Made by a program: the position numbers and the translations under genes. Below are positions 1 to 10,087 of a stretch of DNA of 64,000 bases, in pieces. The notes below the pieces were generated by a model. The model had not been told where the DNA came from. It worked only from the letters and a program-made list of their open reading frames with translations, and searched no databases. Origin of the DNA: an uncultured Clostridium sp. (GTDB lineage: Bacteria; Bacillota; Clostridia; Clostridiales; Clostridiaceae); contig NZ_CAKVJA010000001.1 in assembly GCF_934754925.1 (NCBI RefSeq), positions 226,137 through 290,136 of the forward strand, given 5' to 3'. Position 1 is the first letter of the stretch. Every line of letters begins with the position of its first letter.

Positions 1-1106
1 ACAGCCATATATATTCTAAGAGCATGACTTGTAAACTTAACTAGCTCTGGATCGTTATTAAATATTAATACAAATGTTTGAGGAGTTATCATTGCTAATG
101 CCCATAATATAACTGAATAAGATATACAAGAAATAAGTAATATTTTAAAGGCTTTTTTTACACGAGTTGGATTTTTAGCACCATAGTTATAGCTTATTAT
201 TGGCTGTCCACCTTGAGTTAATCCTGTTAAAGGAAGCATTGAAAATTGCATTACGCTTGTAAGAATTGTCATTGCTCCTACTGCAATATCACCACCATAT
301 TTTAATAATGAAGAATTAAAACATACTGCTATTAAACTTTCTGTAGATTGCATTATAAAAGGTGCTAATCCCAACATTATTGAAGGTATAATAATTTCCC
401 TTGATAATCGAAAGTTTTTCTTTTTTAATTTTAAGGTTGATTTCTTACCTGTTAAGAAAAATAGTATCCAAATCATAGAGAATGATTGAGATATTATTGT
501 AGCTAAAGCAGCACCGGACACTCCCATATTAAATCCAAATATAAATATAGGATCAAGAATAATATTACTTATAGCCCCTATTAAAACAGTCATCATACTA
601 ACTGTAGCAAAGCCTTGGGCACTTATAAATGCATTAAGTCCAAGAGTTAGTTGAACAAAAATAGTTCCTAAGCTATATATTTTCATATAATTTACTGCAT
701 ATTGTATTGTATTTTCACTTGCTCCGAATAATAAAAGCAAGTCTTTTGAAAAGAAAAAGAATATAACTGTAATAGTAAGAGATAAAATGATTAATAGTGA
801 AAATGAATTTCCTAATGTCTTTTCTGCATTTTCATGTTCGTCTTTTCCTAAAAAAATTGAAGATCTTGGAGCCGCACCCATACTTACTAGAGCAGCAAAT
901 GCTGAAATAAGCATAATAAGTGGTAAGCATACTCCAACTCCAGTAAGTGCTAATTTACCAACTTCAGCTATATGACCAATATACATACGGTCTACTAAAT
1001 TGTATAATAAATTAATAATTTGTGCTGCAATTGCAGGAACGGCTAGTTTTAGAAGTAATTTTCCTACACTACAGCTTCCTAATTCTTCTGTGCGATTTTG
1101 TTGCAT
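1..1106 (-). CDS. MATE family efflux transporter (3' end runs off the window)
   Basis: Missing from the ORF track because it crosses the window edge. ATG at 1106 follows an AGGAG SD. It reads MQQNRTEELGSCSVGKLLLKLAVPAIAAQIINLLYNLVDRMYIGH and later NIILDPIFIF and PIISYNYGA, which are MATE motifs. Confidence 0.9.
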   Translation of the reverse strand, partial: MQQNRTEELGSCSVGKLLLKLAVPAIAAQIINLLYNLVDRMYIGHIAEVGKLALTGVGVCLPLIMLISAFAALVSMGAAPRSSIFLGKDEHENAEKTLGNSFSLLIILSLTITVIFFFFSKDLLLLFGASENTIQYAVNYMKIYSLGTIFVQLTLGLNAFISAQGFATVSMMTVLIGAISNIILDPIFIFGFNMGVSGAALATIISQSFSMIWILFFLTGKKSTLKLKKKNFRLSREIIIPSIMLGLAPFIMQSTESLIAVCFNSSLLKYGGDIAVGAMTILTSVMQFSMLPLTGLTQGGQPIISYNYGAKNPTRVKKAFKILLISCISYSVILWALAMITPQTFVLIFNNDPELVKFTSHALRIYMA

Positions 1107-1129
1107 AATATCTTTCTCCTTTAATAAAA

Positions 1130-1187
1130 TTGACAAAAAATAATAATTCTTATAAAATAGTTTATAAAGAAACTGTTTATTTGTCAA
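1130..1187. promoter_or_regulatory. Divergent sigmaA-type promoters and probable MarR operator
   Basis: TTGACA(1130)-17 nt-TAAAAT on +. TTGACA on - at about 1182-1187. An imperfect palindrome TAGTTTATAAAGAAACTG lies between them. Confidence 0.55.
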
Positions 1188-1201
1188 CCATATTGGAGGT
1201 A

Positions 1202-1639
1202 ATGATGAAAACTAAATTTGATATTACAGAAATACTATACTCAATAAAAAATATAAATGATTTATACTATAACTTATCTGTAAAAACAGCATATGAATGT
1301 GGAATTAGTAAGCCTGAGGCAGATATACTAGCTTTTCTAAATAATAATCCATCTTGTGATACGGCAAGAGATATAGTTAAATTAAAAGGATTTTCTAAAG
1401 CATATGTTTCTAAGGCAGTAGAACCATTAATATCAAAAGGATTTATAAAAGTTGAAGTTGATAAAGATGATAGACGTTGCCAACATTTAAAGTTAACAGA
1501 AAAGTCTAAGCCCATAGTAATAAAACTACATGAGATGCAAAGTAAATTTGTAAATAAAATTACAGAAGGAATAGATAAAAAGGATATAGAAAAGTATCTT
1601 GATGTAATTCAACACTTTTCAGAAAATGCTTTAAAGTAA
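1202..1639 (+). CDS. MarR family transcriptional regulator
   Basis: GGAGGT SD then ATG at 1202. Winged-helix with DKDDRR motif. Divergent from the MATE gene. Confidence 0.9.
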   Translation: MMKTKFDITEILYSIKNINDLYYNLSVKTAYECGISKPEADILAFLNNNPSCDTARDIVKLKGFSKAYVSKAVEPLISKGFIKVEVDKDDRRCQHLKLTEKSKPIVIKLHEMQSKFVNKITEGIDKKDIEKYLDVIQHFSENALK

Positions 1640-1680
1640 TTAAAAAAGCAATTATTAAATAATTGCTTTTTTAATTACTT
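1634..1680. terminator. Bidirectional intrinsic terminator
   Basis: Inverted repeat AAGTAATTAAAAAAGCAATTAT..ATAATTGCTTTTTTAATTACTT between convergent genes. Confidence 0.75.
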
Positions 1681-1789
1681 ATTCAATTTATAAATCCAAA
1701 ATCATTAAATAGAAATACTTTTATAAATGCTTTCCACTCTATATAAATAAAATCTATATATTTATTTGTCCAATAAACTAAAACTTTAT

Positions 1790-2353
1790 TTATTGAAGTA
1801 ATTCATTGTTGTTCTCATCAAAATATTTTACCTCTAAACGTATACCAGCACTTTCTTCAGAAGTTAAATTTTCTTTTATTAGAACCATAGAGGCTTTTCC
1901 AATTTCTAAATCGGCATTATATTTATAAATATCATTTATTGTAATTTCAACTCTAGAAACTTTTTTACCATTAGATATTATAATATAACCGTATTTAGCG
2001 TTTTTTATATCATTATAGTTTTGATAAATTATTCTATAATTTGATATTCCTAAGTCATTTGTATCTATTTCTAATTTATTAGCTTGATTTAATACATAAT
2101 CTCCTTTATTATCTTTTTCATAAACAAAAACTCCGTGCATACTATCCGTTGAAAAGCCAACTATTTTCGTATCTGCAACATAGATTTCATCTATAACATA
2201 AAGACTATACTCATCAACTATATTTTCTAATTTTTCTTTATCGATATTCTTTAATTTTTCATTATTTTTATTTAAATAAACTGTAGATTCTACACAGCCT
2301 ATAAGAAATAAATTTAACAAAATAACTAAATTTAATAATATAATTTTTTTCAT
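1790..2353 (-). CDS. Hypothetical lipoprotein
   Basis: MKK plus hydrophobic stretch plus LIGC lipobox. AGGAGG SD. Confidence 0.75.
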   Translation of the reverse strand: MKKIILLNLVILLNLFLIGCVESTVYLNKNNEKLKNIDKEKLENIVDEYSLYVIDEIYVADTKIVGFSTDSMHGVFVYEKDNKGDYVLNQANKLEIDTNDLGISNYRIIYQNYNDIKNAKYGYIIISNGKKVSRVEITINDIYKYNADLEIGKASMVLIKENLTSEESAGIRLEVKYFDENNNELLQ

Positions 2354-2549
2354 AGATTTCCTCCTTTTTATTATAAGAAGATTCTTAAATTATATTTTAT
2401 TATGTATAATCAAATTATACACTTAAATTGGTAATAAAATCTATATTTTATATTAATTAATATAAAAATTTAATCTTATTTATATAATTAAACCTTTATA
2501 TGCTATAATAAATCATAATAAATTTCTTAAATTTGAAAGGATACAAAAG

Positions 2550-3593
2550 ATGGAAAAATATATTTCTAATATAAAAACACCTAAGATAAGTATTGCTCCA
2601 ATGGTGGATAAGTCTAATAGACATTTTAGATATTTCTGTAGAATAATGAATAAAGAAGCACTACTCTATACAGAAATGGTTACTGCACAAGCAATAATTA
2701 ATGGGGATTTAGATAAAATTCTTTATTTTAGAGAGGATGAAGGTGCTGTTGCACTTCAAATAGCTGCTTCAAATCCTGAGGATGCCTACAAGGCAGTTAA
2801 ACTTGCTGAAAATTATAATTATGACGAGATCAACTTAAACTGTGGCTGCCCTTCAGATAGAGTATCAGGTAATTTAATGGGAGCAGCACTAATGTCTGAT
2901 AAGAGTTTAGTATATGAAATACTTTTGGCAATGAAGGAAGCAACAGATAAACCCATTACTATAAAACATAGAATCGGAATTGATGGGACTGGAGTAATTG
3001 ATAGTAAAAATAATAAGATTATTATGGATGGATATGAAGATCTATTGGACTTTTTAGATACAATATCTAAGGCAAAACCTGATAGATATACTGTTCATGC
3101 ACGTTCAGCTATATTAAAAGGACTAAGTCCTAAGGATAATAGGGAAATCCCACCATTAGATTATGATATGGTTTATAGATTGAAAAAAGATTTTAATTAT
3201 TTAAATATAGAGATAAATGGTGGATTTAAGAGTTTAGAAAGTATTAATAATGCATTAGACAAAGTAGATGGAGTTATGATTGGAAGAGCTGCATATGAGG
3301 ACTGTTATCTTTTAGCTAATTTGCATAAAATTAATGAAGAAAATAAAAATATAAAACCAATATCCCGTGGGGAAATTATAAAACTATATATTCCATATAT
3401 TGCTGAAGAACTTGAAAAAGGTAGTAATGTACATACCTTATCTGCTCCACTTCAAAGTTTATTTCAAGGTCAAAAAGGAAGTAGAAAATTTAAACAATTG
3501 CTATCTTCATCTAATGTAAAAAGAGAAACTCTAATAGAAATCTTAAATAATATATTGGAAATTATGCCACAGGACGTGTTATGGAACTTGTAA
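2550..3593 (+). CDS. dusA: tRNA-dihydrouridine synthase, DusA-type
   Basis: IAPMVD, LYTEMV, EINLNCGCPSDRV, HARSAILKGLSPKDNREIPPLDY (DusA-type), GVMIGRAAY. Confidence 0.9.
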   Translation: MEKYISNIKTPKISIAPMVDKSNRHFRYFCRIMNKEALLYTEMVTAQAIINGDLDKILYFREDEGAVALQIAASNPEDAYKAVKLAENYNYDEINLNCGCPSDRVSGNLMGAALMSDKSLVYEILLAMKEATDKPITIKHRIGIDGTGVIDSKNNKIIMDGYEDLLDFLDTISKAKPDRYTVHARSAILKGLSPKDNREIPPLDYDMVYRLKKDFNYLNIEINGGFKSLESINNALDKVDGVMIGRAAYEDCYLLANLHKINEENKNIKPISRGEIIKLYIPYIAEELEKGSNVHTLSAPLQSLFQGQKGSRKFKQLLSSSNVKRETLIEILNNILEIMPQDVLWNL

Positions 3594-3598
3594 AGAAT

Positions 3599-3645
3599 TA
3601 AAAAAGTACTTATAATTTACTACGGTAAATTATAAGTACTTTTTA
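3599..3645. terminator. Bidirectional intrinsic terminator
   Basis: AAAAAGTACTTATAATTTAC-TACG-GTAAATTATAAGTACTTTTT between convergent genes. Confidence 0.8.
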
Positions 3646-3651
3646 TCAATT

Positions 3652-4446
3652 TTAGCTAAATACAAACTCTTTTATACCAATTGCAACACCATCATTATGA
3701 ACCGTATCTGTAATTTTATTAGCATATTTTTTTACTTCATCATTGGCATTTCCCATAGCTATTCCACATCCTACAGTTGAAAGCATTTCTATATCATTTT
3801 TACCATCACCAAAAGCATAACTATTTTGAATATCAATATTAAGGTATTCTAAAACCTTTAGTATTCCAGTTGCTTTTGTATTCTTCTTTGAATATAGTTC
3901 AAAAGATTTTAAAGCAATACTATTAACATAGTCATATTCTTCATTTCTTTGAACTATTTTTAAGCATGAATCAACTACTTCATCATTTGGACACATCATC
4001 TCAATTTTATAAGTTTTAATTTTATCTAAAGAAAATTCACTTTTAATTAATTCCTTAGAAACACCAACTGTGTCATAAAACTCATAGAATTCCTTGAATT
4101 TTTTATCCATATAAGAATAGTATTCACCCTCTAATATATATTGAATATTAAGTTCATCTAATTCATTTATTAGATTCTTTATAAATTTTCTATCCATCTG
4201 ATCGCTATGTATTACCTCATTATTTATAATTACATGTGCTCCATTTGCTAAAATATAACCATCAAATCCAAAATCTAATATAGATTTACTTAAAAATGCA
4301 TATGGTCTTCCAGTTGATATAAATACATAATGTCCTTCTTTTTGAAGAGAACGAATTGACTCCTTAACTACGGGAGTCATATCAGTTATACCACCAAAGT
4401 AGTCTAATAATGTTCCATCAATATCAAAAAATATAGCTTTTTTCAT
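3652..4446 (-). CDS. Cof-type HAD-IIB hydrolase
   Basis: FFDIDGTL, STGR, AFGDGKNDIEML. The start is likely MKKAIFF after a GGAGGG SD. Confidence 0.92.
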   Translation of the reverse strand: MKKAIFFDIDGTLLDYFGGITDMTPVVKESIRSLQKEGHYVFISTGRPYAFLSKSILDFGFDGYILANGAHVIINNEVIHSDQMDRKFIKNLINELDELNIQYILEGEYYSYMDKKFKEFYEFYDTVGVSKELIKSEFSLDKIKTYKIEMMCPNDEVVDSCLKIVQRNEEYDYVNSIALKSFELYSKKNTKATGILKVLEYLNIDIQNSYAFGDGKNDIEMLSTVGCGIAMGNANDEVKKYANKITDTVHNDGVAIGIKEFVFS

Positions 4447-4569
4447 TAAATCCCCTCCACTCCTATTTATTCCTATTTTATCCCACTCATTCCTTATTGT
4501 CAATTGACTTAATAAGAATAGTATACTAAAATGGGAATAAATAAGAAGTAAAATTAAAGGAGATTTAAA

Positions 4570-5334
4570 ATGTTTACTGAAGAGCGTCATAAGTATATAT
4601 TAGATCTATTAGATAGAAACGGAAAAATATTTGTAAAAGACTTAAGTAAGGAATTTAAGGTAAGTGAAAGTATGATTAGAAAGGATTTAAAGGTATTAGA
4701 GAAAAAAAACTTACTTCGTAGAACCTATGGTGGTGCTATTAATATAGATAATACTGCTATTAATATAAAAAGTTTTAATAATCGTATTAGTGAAAATATA
4801 GATCTAAAAAATATAATTGTTCAAAAAGCTTTTAATGAATTAGATGATAATGACACTATTTTTTTGGACTCTTCTACTACTTCTTTTATGATTGCAAAAT
4901 TAATTGTAGAAAATAATAAACAACTAACCATAATTACTAATATGTTTGAAATAGCTTCATTGATTACGCCTAACATTATTACAAAATTTATTTTTATTGG
5001 TGGAGATTATAATTCATATGTTGGTGGTAGTATTGGGTCTCACGCTATTGAACAAATAAATAATTATAGATGTAATAAAGCATTTTTAGGGTGCACAGGA
5101 ATTGATCTTCGAGATGGAACAATAAGCACCTCACTTTCAGAAGATGCTGCTACTAAGAAAGCAATTACTAATATTTCAGATAAATTATTTTTAGTTACTT
5201 TAAATGAAAAGTTTAAGAAAAATGGTTCATTTAAATTTTCTAATTTATTTGATTTTTATGGAATAATTACTGAGCAGTTACCTGATGAATCAATAACTTT
5301 AAATCTTAAAGAATATTATATAAACATAATTTAA
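4570..5334 (+). CDS. DeoR/GlpR family transcriptional regulator
   Basis: HTH VSESMIRKDL..RRTYGGA. Sensor domain IFLDSSTT, IITN. Confidence 0.93.
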   Translation: MFTEERHKYILDLLDRNGKIFVKDLSKEFKVSESMIRKDLKVLEKKNLLRRTYGGAINIDNTAINIKSFNNRISENIDLKNIIVQKAFNELDDNDTIFLDSSTTSFMIAKLIVENNKQLTIITNMFEIASLITPNIITKFIFIGGDYNSYVGGSIGSHAIEQINNYRCNKAFLGCTGIDLRDGTISTSLSEDAATKKAITNISDKLFLVTLNEKFKKNGSFKFSNLFDFYGIITEQLPDESITLNLKEYYINII

Positions 5335-5433
5335 AATATTAAAATGAATTTATTATTTGAGATAAATTAAAATCGCACTAGATTTTAGTACGATTTTAAT
5401 TTAATCTTAATTTTTAGATTATAGTTATATAAC

Positions 5434-6105
5434 TTATAGAAAATTATAAATTAATGCATAAAAATAAGTTTTATTAATAGCTGATTTTTTTTCATAGCTA
5501 CTAATTACTTCATTCCGTTCAGTTTTTAAATATAAAAAATAAACTTTTTGAAAATCCCTAAAGATCAATTTTCTTTTCTTTGTAAGCTTGCAAGATGGAG
5601 AATTTCTTTGAGCACAATCTATAAAAATAGAATTTCCTTTTTTTTGTGCACTAAACCATCGACATTCCGTACGTATATTAGGAAGTGTTTCAATTTCTAA
5701 TATATTATTATTATTAAATCCATCAAGAATTTTATCCCATGCCAAGTAAGGCAATAATTTATTCAATCCTTTTTCAAATACATGATAGTATATAGCACTT
5801 GCAATTAATCCAGTACAAAACTGCTCTTCTTTAATATAATATGTTAGAATAGCTTTTGTTAATGTAACATCTGATATATCTATTAATTCATATAATTTAT
5901 TGTAATTTTTATAATAACCATTAATAGTTTGTTTATAATTATAATCTATTAAATTTATTTCATGACAAAAATTCACAAACTCTAATATAGTTGAACTATA
6001 TTTAATTTTATTACAGTTAAATCCATTATTTTTATATTCATAAAAAATATTATTTTTATTATTAAAGTAGTCAATAAAAAATTTAATCCTTTCTATAGTA
6101 TTCAT
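5434..6105 (-). CDS. Hypothetical protein; N-terminal half resembles DUF6508
   Basis: 223-aa ORF with a GAGG SD. ILTYYIKEEQFCTGLI resembles the R.ERF..G motif region. Confidence 0.5.
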   Translation of the reverse strand: MNTIERIKFFIDYFNNKNNIFYEYKNNGFNCNKIKYSSTILEFVNFCHEINLIDYNYKQTINGYYKNYNKLYELIDISDVTLTKAILTYYIKEEQFCTGLIASAIYYHVFEKGLNKLLPYLAWDKILDGFNNNNILEIETLPNIRTECRWFSAQKKGNSIFIDCAQRNSPSCKLTKKRKLIFRDFQKVYFLYLKTERNEVISSYEKKSAINKTYFYALIYNFL

Positions 6106-6190
6106 AAATTTATCCTCTTAATACTTAAAGGTATATAATTTAATATATTAAGTACTTTAATTCTTTATTCCTTGTAATATAAATAACAGT

Positions 6191-7207
6191 CTATTTTCTA
6201 ATCATATCTCTAGAAATTTCACTAATTGAGTATGCACCACACATAGCCATAGTATCTTCAAGTTCAGATGCTAATTTATTAATATACAGTTTTATACCTT
6301 CTTCTTCACCACCATAAAGCGCAGTAACAAAAGTTCTGCAAATAAGAACTCCATCTGCACCTAAGGCTAAGGCCTTAAATACATCTACTCCAGAACGTAT
6401 TCCACCATCAACAAAAATTTTCATTGAGCCTCCAACCGCATTAACAATCTCAGAAAGAACTTCTGCTGTAGCTGGGCATTGATCTAGTACTCTTCCACCA
6501 TGATTAGAAACTACTATTGCATGTGCTCCAGCTTCTTTAGCTTTTAAAGCACCTTTTACTGTCATAATACCTTTAACTATAAATGGAAGATTTGAAATTT
6601 TAATAATCTCCTTAAGTTCTTCTACTGATTTTGAACCAGCTGGTGGATTCATATTCTTTAAAAATGGAAGACCTGCAGCATCAATATCCATTGCAACTGC
6701 AATTGCGCCACTATCTTTAACTAATTTTATCTTTTCTTTAATAGTATCAATATTCCAAGGTTTAATAGTTGGAACCCCTAATCCATTAACAGCTTTTATT
6801 GCAGTAGTAGCAGATTTCATAACTTCGGGATTTGTTCCATCACCTGTAAAAGCAAGAATACCATATTTAGCACATGATGATACTAATATATTATTATATG
6901 ACATATCATCATATTTATCACCATAATGCAAATTAACAGCCCCTATTGGACCTGCAAAGAATGGATATTTAAATTTTTCACCAAATAAATCTATGCTTGT
7001 ATCTATAGGTTTATTTTCAGTTAATGTATCCATATTAATACGTATTTCTTTCCATTTATCATAATTGCGAATTGCTGTATCACCAACTCCTTTAGCTCCT
7101 GGACCAGGAATTTGATTTCTGCAAGCCTTTCCATTACATTCTACACATACCTTGCAATAGTTTCCAATATAACTTTTAGCATTTTCTAAGACATTATTAT
7201 AATTCAT
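6191..7207 (-). CDS. FMN-dependent alpha-hydroxy acid oxidase/dehydrogenase
   Basis: IVKGIMT, VVSNHGGRVLD, VDGGIRSGVDVFKALALGA. Confidence 0.93.
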   Translation of the reverse strand: MNYNNVLENAKSYIGNYCKVCVECNGKACRNQIPGPGAKGVGDTAIRNYDKWKEIRINMDTLTENKPIDTSIDLFGEKFKYPFFAGPIGAVNLHYGDKYDDMSYNNILVSSCAKYGILAFTGDGTNPEVMKSATTAIKAVNGLGVPTIKPWNIDTIKEKIKLVKDSGAIAVAMDIDAAGLPFLKNMNPPAGSKSVEELKEIIKISNLPFIVKGIMTVKGALKAKEAGAHAIVVSNHGGRVLDQCPATAEVLSEIVNAVGGSMKIFVDGGIRSGVDVFKALALGADGVLICRTFVTALYGGEEEGIKLYINKLASELEDTMAMCGAYSISEISRDMIRK

Positions 7208-7400
7208 TATTTAATATTACCTCCTTTATTTCTAAATAAATATATTTTAAAATGATAAAAAGACAAAACTATATTTAAAAATACAGCTTGTCTTTATTAT
7301 ATAATATTTTAATTTAATAATCTTATAAATTATATATAAAAAGAAATATCTAATGATAATTTCTTTATCTATTTTATAAATTTAATTTTATACAAAAAGC

Positions 7401-8237
7401 CTAACAAAACTTAAGATATGTTGTATTTTCAGGTACTCCACTTACTGATATATTATCACCTTCATTTAAAGAATTAATAATATTAATATCATCACTAGAA
7501 ATTTCAAAATCAAAAACACTTAAGTTTTCTTTTACTCTTCCTTCATTTGATGATTTTGGTATAGGAATTACCCCTCTTTGTATATGCCATCTTAATATTA
7601 TTTGAGCTATTGTTTTTTTATATTTTTCAGATAAATCTAGCATTAATTCATTAGAGAATAATTTACCTCTCATTATAGGACTCCATGCAACAAGTTGAAT
7701 ATTATTCGCTTCACAGTATCTTAACATATCACTTTTTGAACTTTGAGGATGTATTTCAACTTGATTTACCATAGGCATTATTTCAGCTGTTTTCTTTAAT
7801 TCTTCTATATGTCCAATTTTAAAATTACAAACTCCAATAGATTTTACTTTACCTGCTTTATAAAGATATTCAAATGCCTTCCAAGTTTCTGCATTTAGTT
7901 TATTTGGCCAATGTATAAGATATAAATCTATATAATCTACTTGTAATCTTTTTAAAGATTCATTAAATGCTTTAATAGTTCTATCATAACCATGATCATC
8001 ATTCCAAAGCTTTGTGACAAGAAAAATCTCTTCTCTATTTACTCCACTTTCTTTTATTCCATTTCCGATACCAACTTCATTTCCATAAAAAGAAGCAGTA
8101 TCAATTTGTTTATATCCAACCTCTAAAGCATATTTTATAATTTTAGCAGTTTCTTCGTCACTTCCAGATTTATATGTTCCAAATCCAATAGCAGGCATTT
8201 TAACTCCATTACTTAATATTTTAAAATTTTCATTCAT
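7401..8237 (-). CDS. Aldo/keto reductase
   Basis: GFGTY, IDTASFYGNE, DLYLIHWP, IGVCNF, IPKS. Confidence 0.95.
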   Translation of the reverse strand: MNENFKILSNGVKMPAIGFGTYKSGSDEETAKIIKYALEVGYKQIDTASFYGNEVGIGNGIKESGVNREEIFLVTKLWNDDHGYDRTIKAFNESLKRLQVDYIDLYLIHWPNKLNAETWKAFEYLYKAGKVKSIGVCNFKIGHIEELKKTAEIMPMVNQVEIHPQSSKSDMLRYCEANNIQLVAWSPIMRGKLFSNELMLDLSEKYKKTIAQIILRWHIQRGVIPIPKSSNEGRVKENLSVFDFEISSDDINIINSLNEGDNISVSGVPENTTYLKFC

Positions 8238-8269
8238 CTTTTAAAACCACCCTTTACTTTCTATTAACT

Positions 8270-9913
8270 TTATGCTATTACCATATTTTCCATACTTCTC
8301 AAATCATTACCTGTAACAACTAATATGTCCTCCGGCATTATAATTGTATTTCCATTTGGAATTATTACTTTATCTTTACGTTTTATCATAACTATAAGAA
8401 TATCATCAGCTATATTAGAGTTTTTTATAGATTTGTTAACAATATTACTTTTATCATTAACATAAATCTCCATTAGATTTGTACTTTTTCCTTCTTTATA
8501 ATCATTGAAATTTATTAGACTATTTCCTGATAAAACTAAAGTGTCTCCAGGAAGAATAATTGTAGATCCATTTGGTACAAATACATCTCCTTTACGCCTT
8601 ATCATAACAACAAGTATGTCTTCTGGAATATTTGCATCCATAATACTTTTATTAGCAATAGGATTATTATTACTAATTGTGAATTCCACTAATTTAGTGC
8701 TTTTATCTTCTTTATAATCATTAAAGGTTTTTAAAACAGATTCCTCATCATCAATTAAATCAAGTTTTCTTGCTACATCAGGTATAAGAGTACCTTGCAC
8801 TGCTACTGAGAATAAAGCCATGAAGAATATTATATGGAAAATATCATAATTTATAGGAATACCATAAGTTATAGCAAATATTGCAAAGACTATTGATGCA
8901 GCTCCTCTAATTCCCACCCATGAAATAAAAAGTTGTTGCTTAATTGGAACCTTAAACCAATTTAATATGCTAAATGTTGCAATTGGTCTTGCTATGAAAA
9001 TCATAAATATTGAAATTGATACACCTTTAATCATAACAGATGGTATTTTTGATGGAAATGCTAATAGTCCTAATAAGAAGAATAGTAAAATTTGCATTAA
9101 CCATGATACACCATCAAAGAATTGAAAAATACTTTTTTTATGAGGTATCTTACTATTTCCTATTATTATTCCTGTTATATAAACACTTAAATATCCATTA
9201 CCGCCCAAATATTCGCTTAATGAATAAGCTAATACAGCTATTGCAGTAATGAATATAGGATAAAAGCCTTCTATTTCAAACTTCACATTTCTTAATAAAT
9301 AGATAGATAGCTTTGATAATACAATTGATACAACTATTCCTAAAATAATTTGACTTAATAACATGGGAATAATATCTCCATAGCCTCCATTAGACATTAA
9401 TCCTAATATTATTATTGTAAGCATATATGCAAAAGGATCATTACTACCACTTTCAATCTCTAATATAGAAGCTATTGATCCCTTAAGATTTAATTTTTGT
9501 GAACGTAATATAGCAAATACAGCAGCTGCATCTGTAGATGCAATTATTGATCCTATAAGCAATCCTTCTAATATGGTTGTTTTAAAAATAAATAAACAAA
9601 ATAGTCCTGTTAATCCTGCAGTTATAACAACTCCTAAGGATGACATAAGTATAGATTGAACAGCTACAGGCTTGGCCATATTCCAGTTAGTACCGAATCC
9701 ACCATAAAACATTATGAAAATTAATGCTATAGAGCATATAGAACTTGCTAGCTGATAATTATCAAAATATATACCAACAATTCCATCAGAACCAAATAGC
9801 ATTCCAAGCACTATAAAAATAAGAAGAATTGGCACACCAAATCTATATAATATTTTTGTTGAAGTTATACATATTAATAGTACTAATGCACAAAGGATCA
9901 TTAAATTTACCAT
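8270..9913 (-). CDS. K+/H+ antiporter (NhaP2/CvrA family) with two RCK_C (TrkA-C) domains
   Basis: STDAAAVF, ESGSNDP, WVGIRGAASIVFA. Two similar C-terminal domains. Confidence 0.9.
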   Translation of the reverse strand: MVNLMILCALVLLICITSTKILYRFGVPILLIFIVLGMLFGSDGIVGIYFDNYQLASSICSIALIFIMFYGGFGTNWNMAKPVAVQSILMSSLGVVITAGLTGLFCLFIFKTTILEGLLIGSIIASTDAAAVFAILRSQKLNLKGSIASILEIESGSNDPFAYMLTIIILGLMSNGGYGDIIPMLLSQIILGIVVSIVLSKLSIYLLRNVKFEIEGFYPIFITAIAVLAYSLSEYLGGNGYLSVYITGIIIGNSKIPHKKSIFQFFDGVSWLMQILLFFLLGLLAFPSKIPSVMIKGVSISIFMIFIARPIATFSILNWFKVPIKQQLFISWVGIRGAASIVFAIFAITYGIPINYDIFHIIFFMALFSVAVQGTLIPDVARKLDLIDDEESVLKTFNDYKEDKSTKLVEFTISNNNPIANKSIMDANIPEDILVVMIRRKGDVFVPNGSTIILPGDTLVLSGNSLINFNDYKEGKSTNLMEIYVNDKSNIVNKSIKNSNIADDILIVMIKRKDKVIIPNGNTIIMPEDILVVTGNDLRSMENMVIA

Positions 9914-10087
9914 AAATTACCTACTTGATAAAACTTGTATAATATCGCAATTTTCCTATATATTACTATAATTTAGAAATAACTTCAATAATCAAGGAGG
10001 TAATTTACAATTTATTTAAAACTAATATATGAAATCCATAATATGTATATTAGTTTTAAATAAATTTTTATAGTTGTTTACTTTAAA

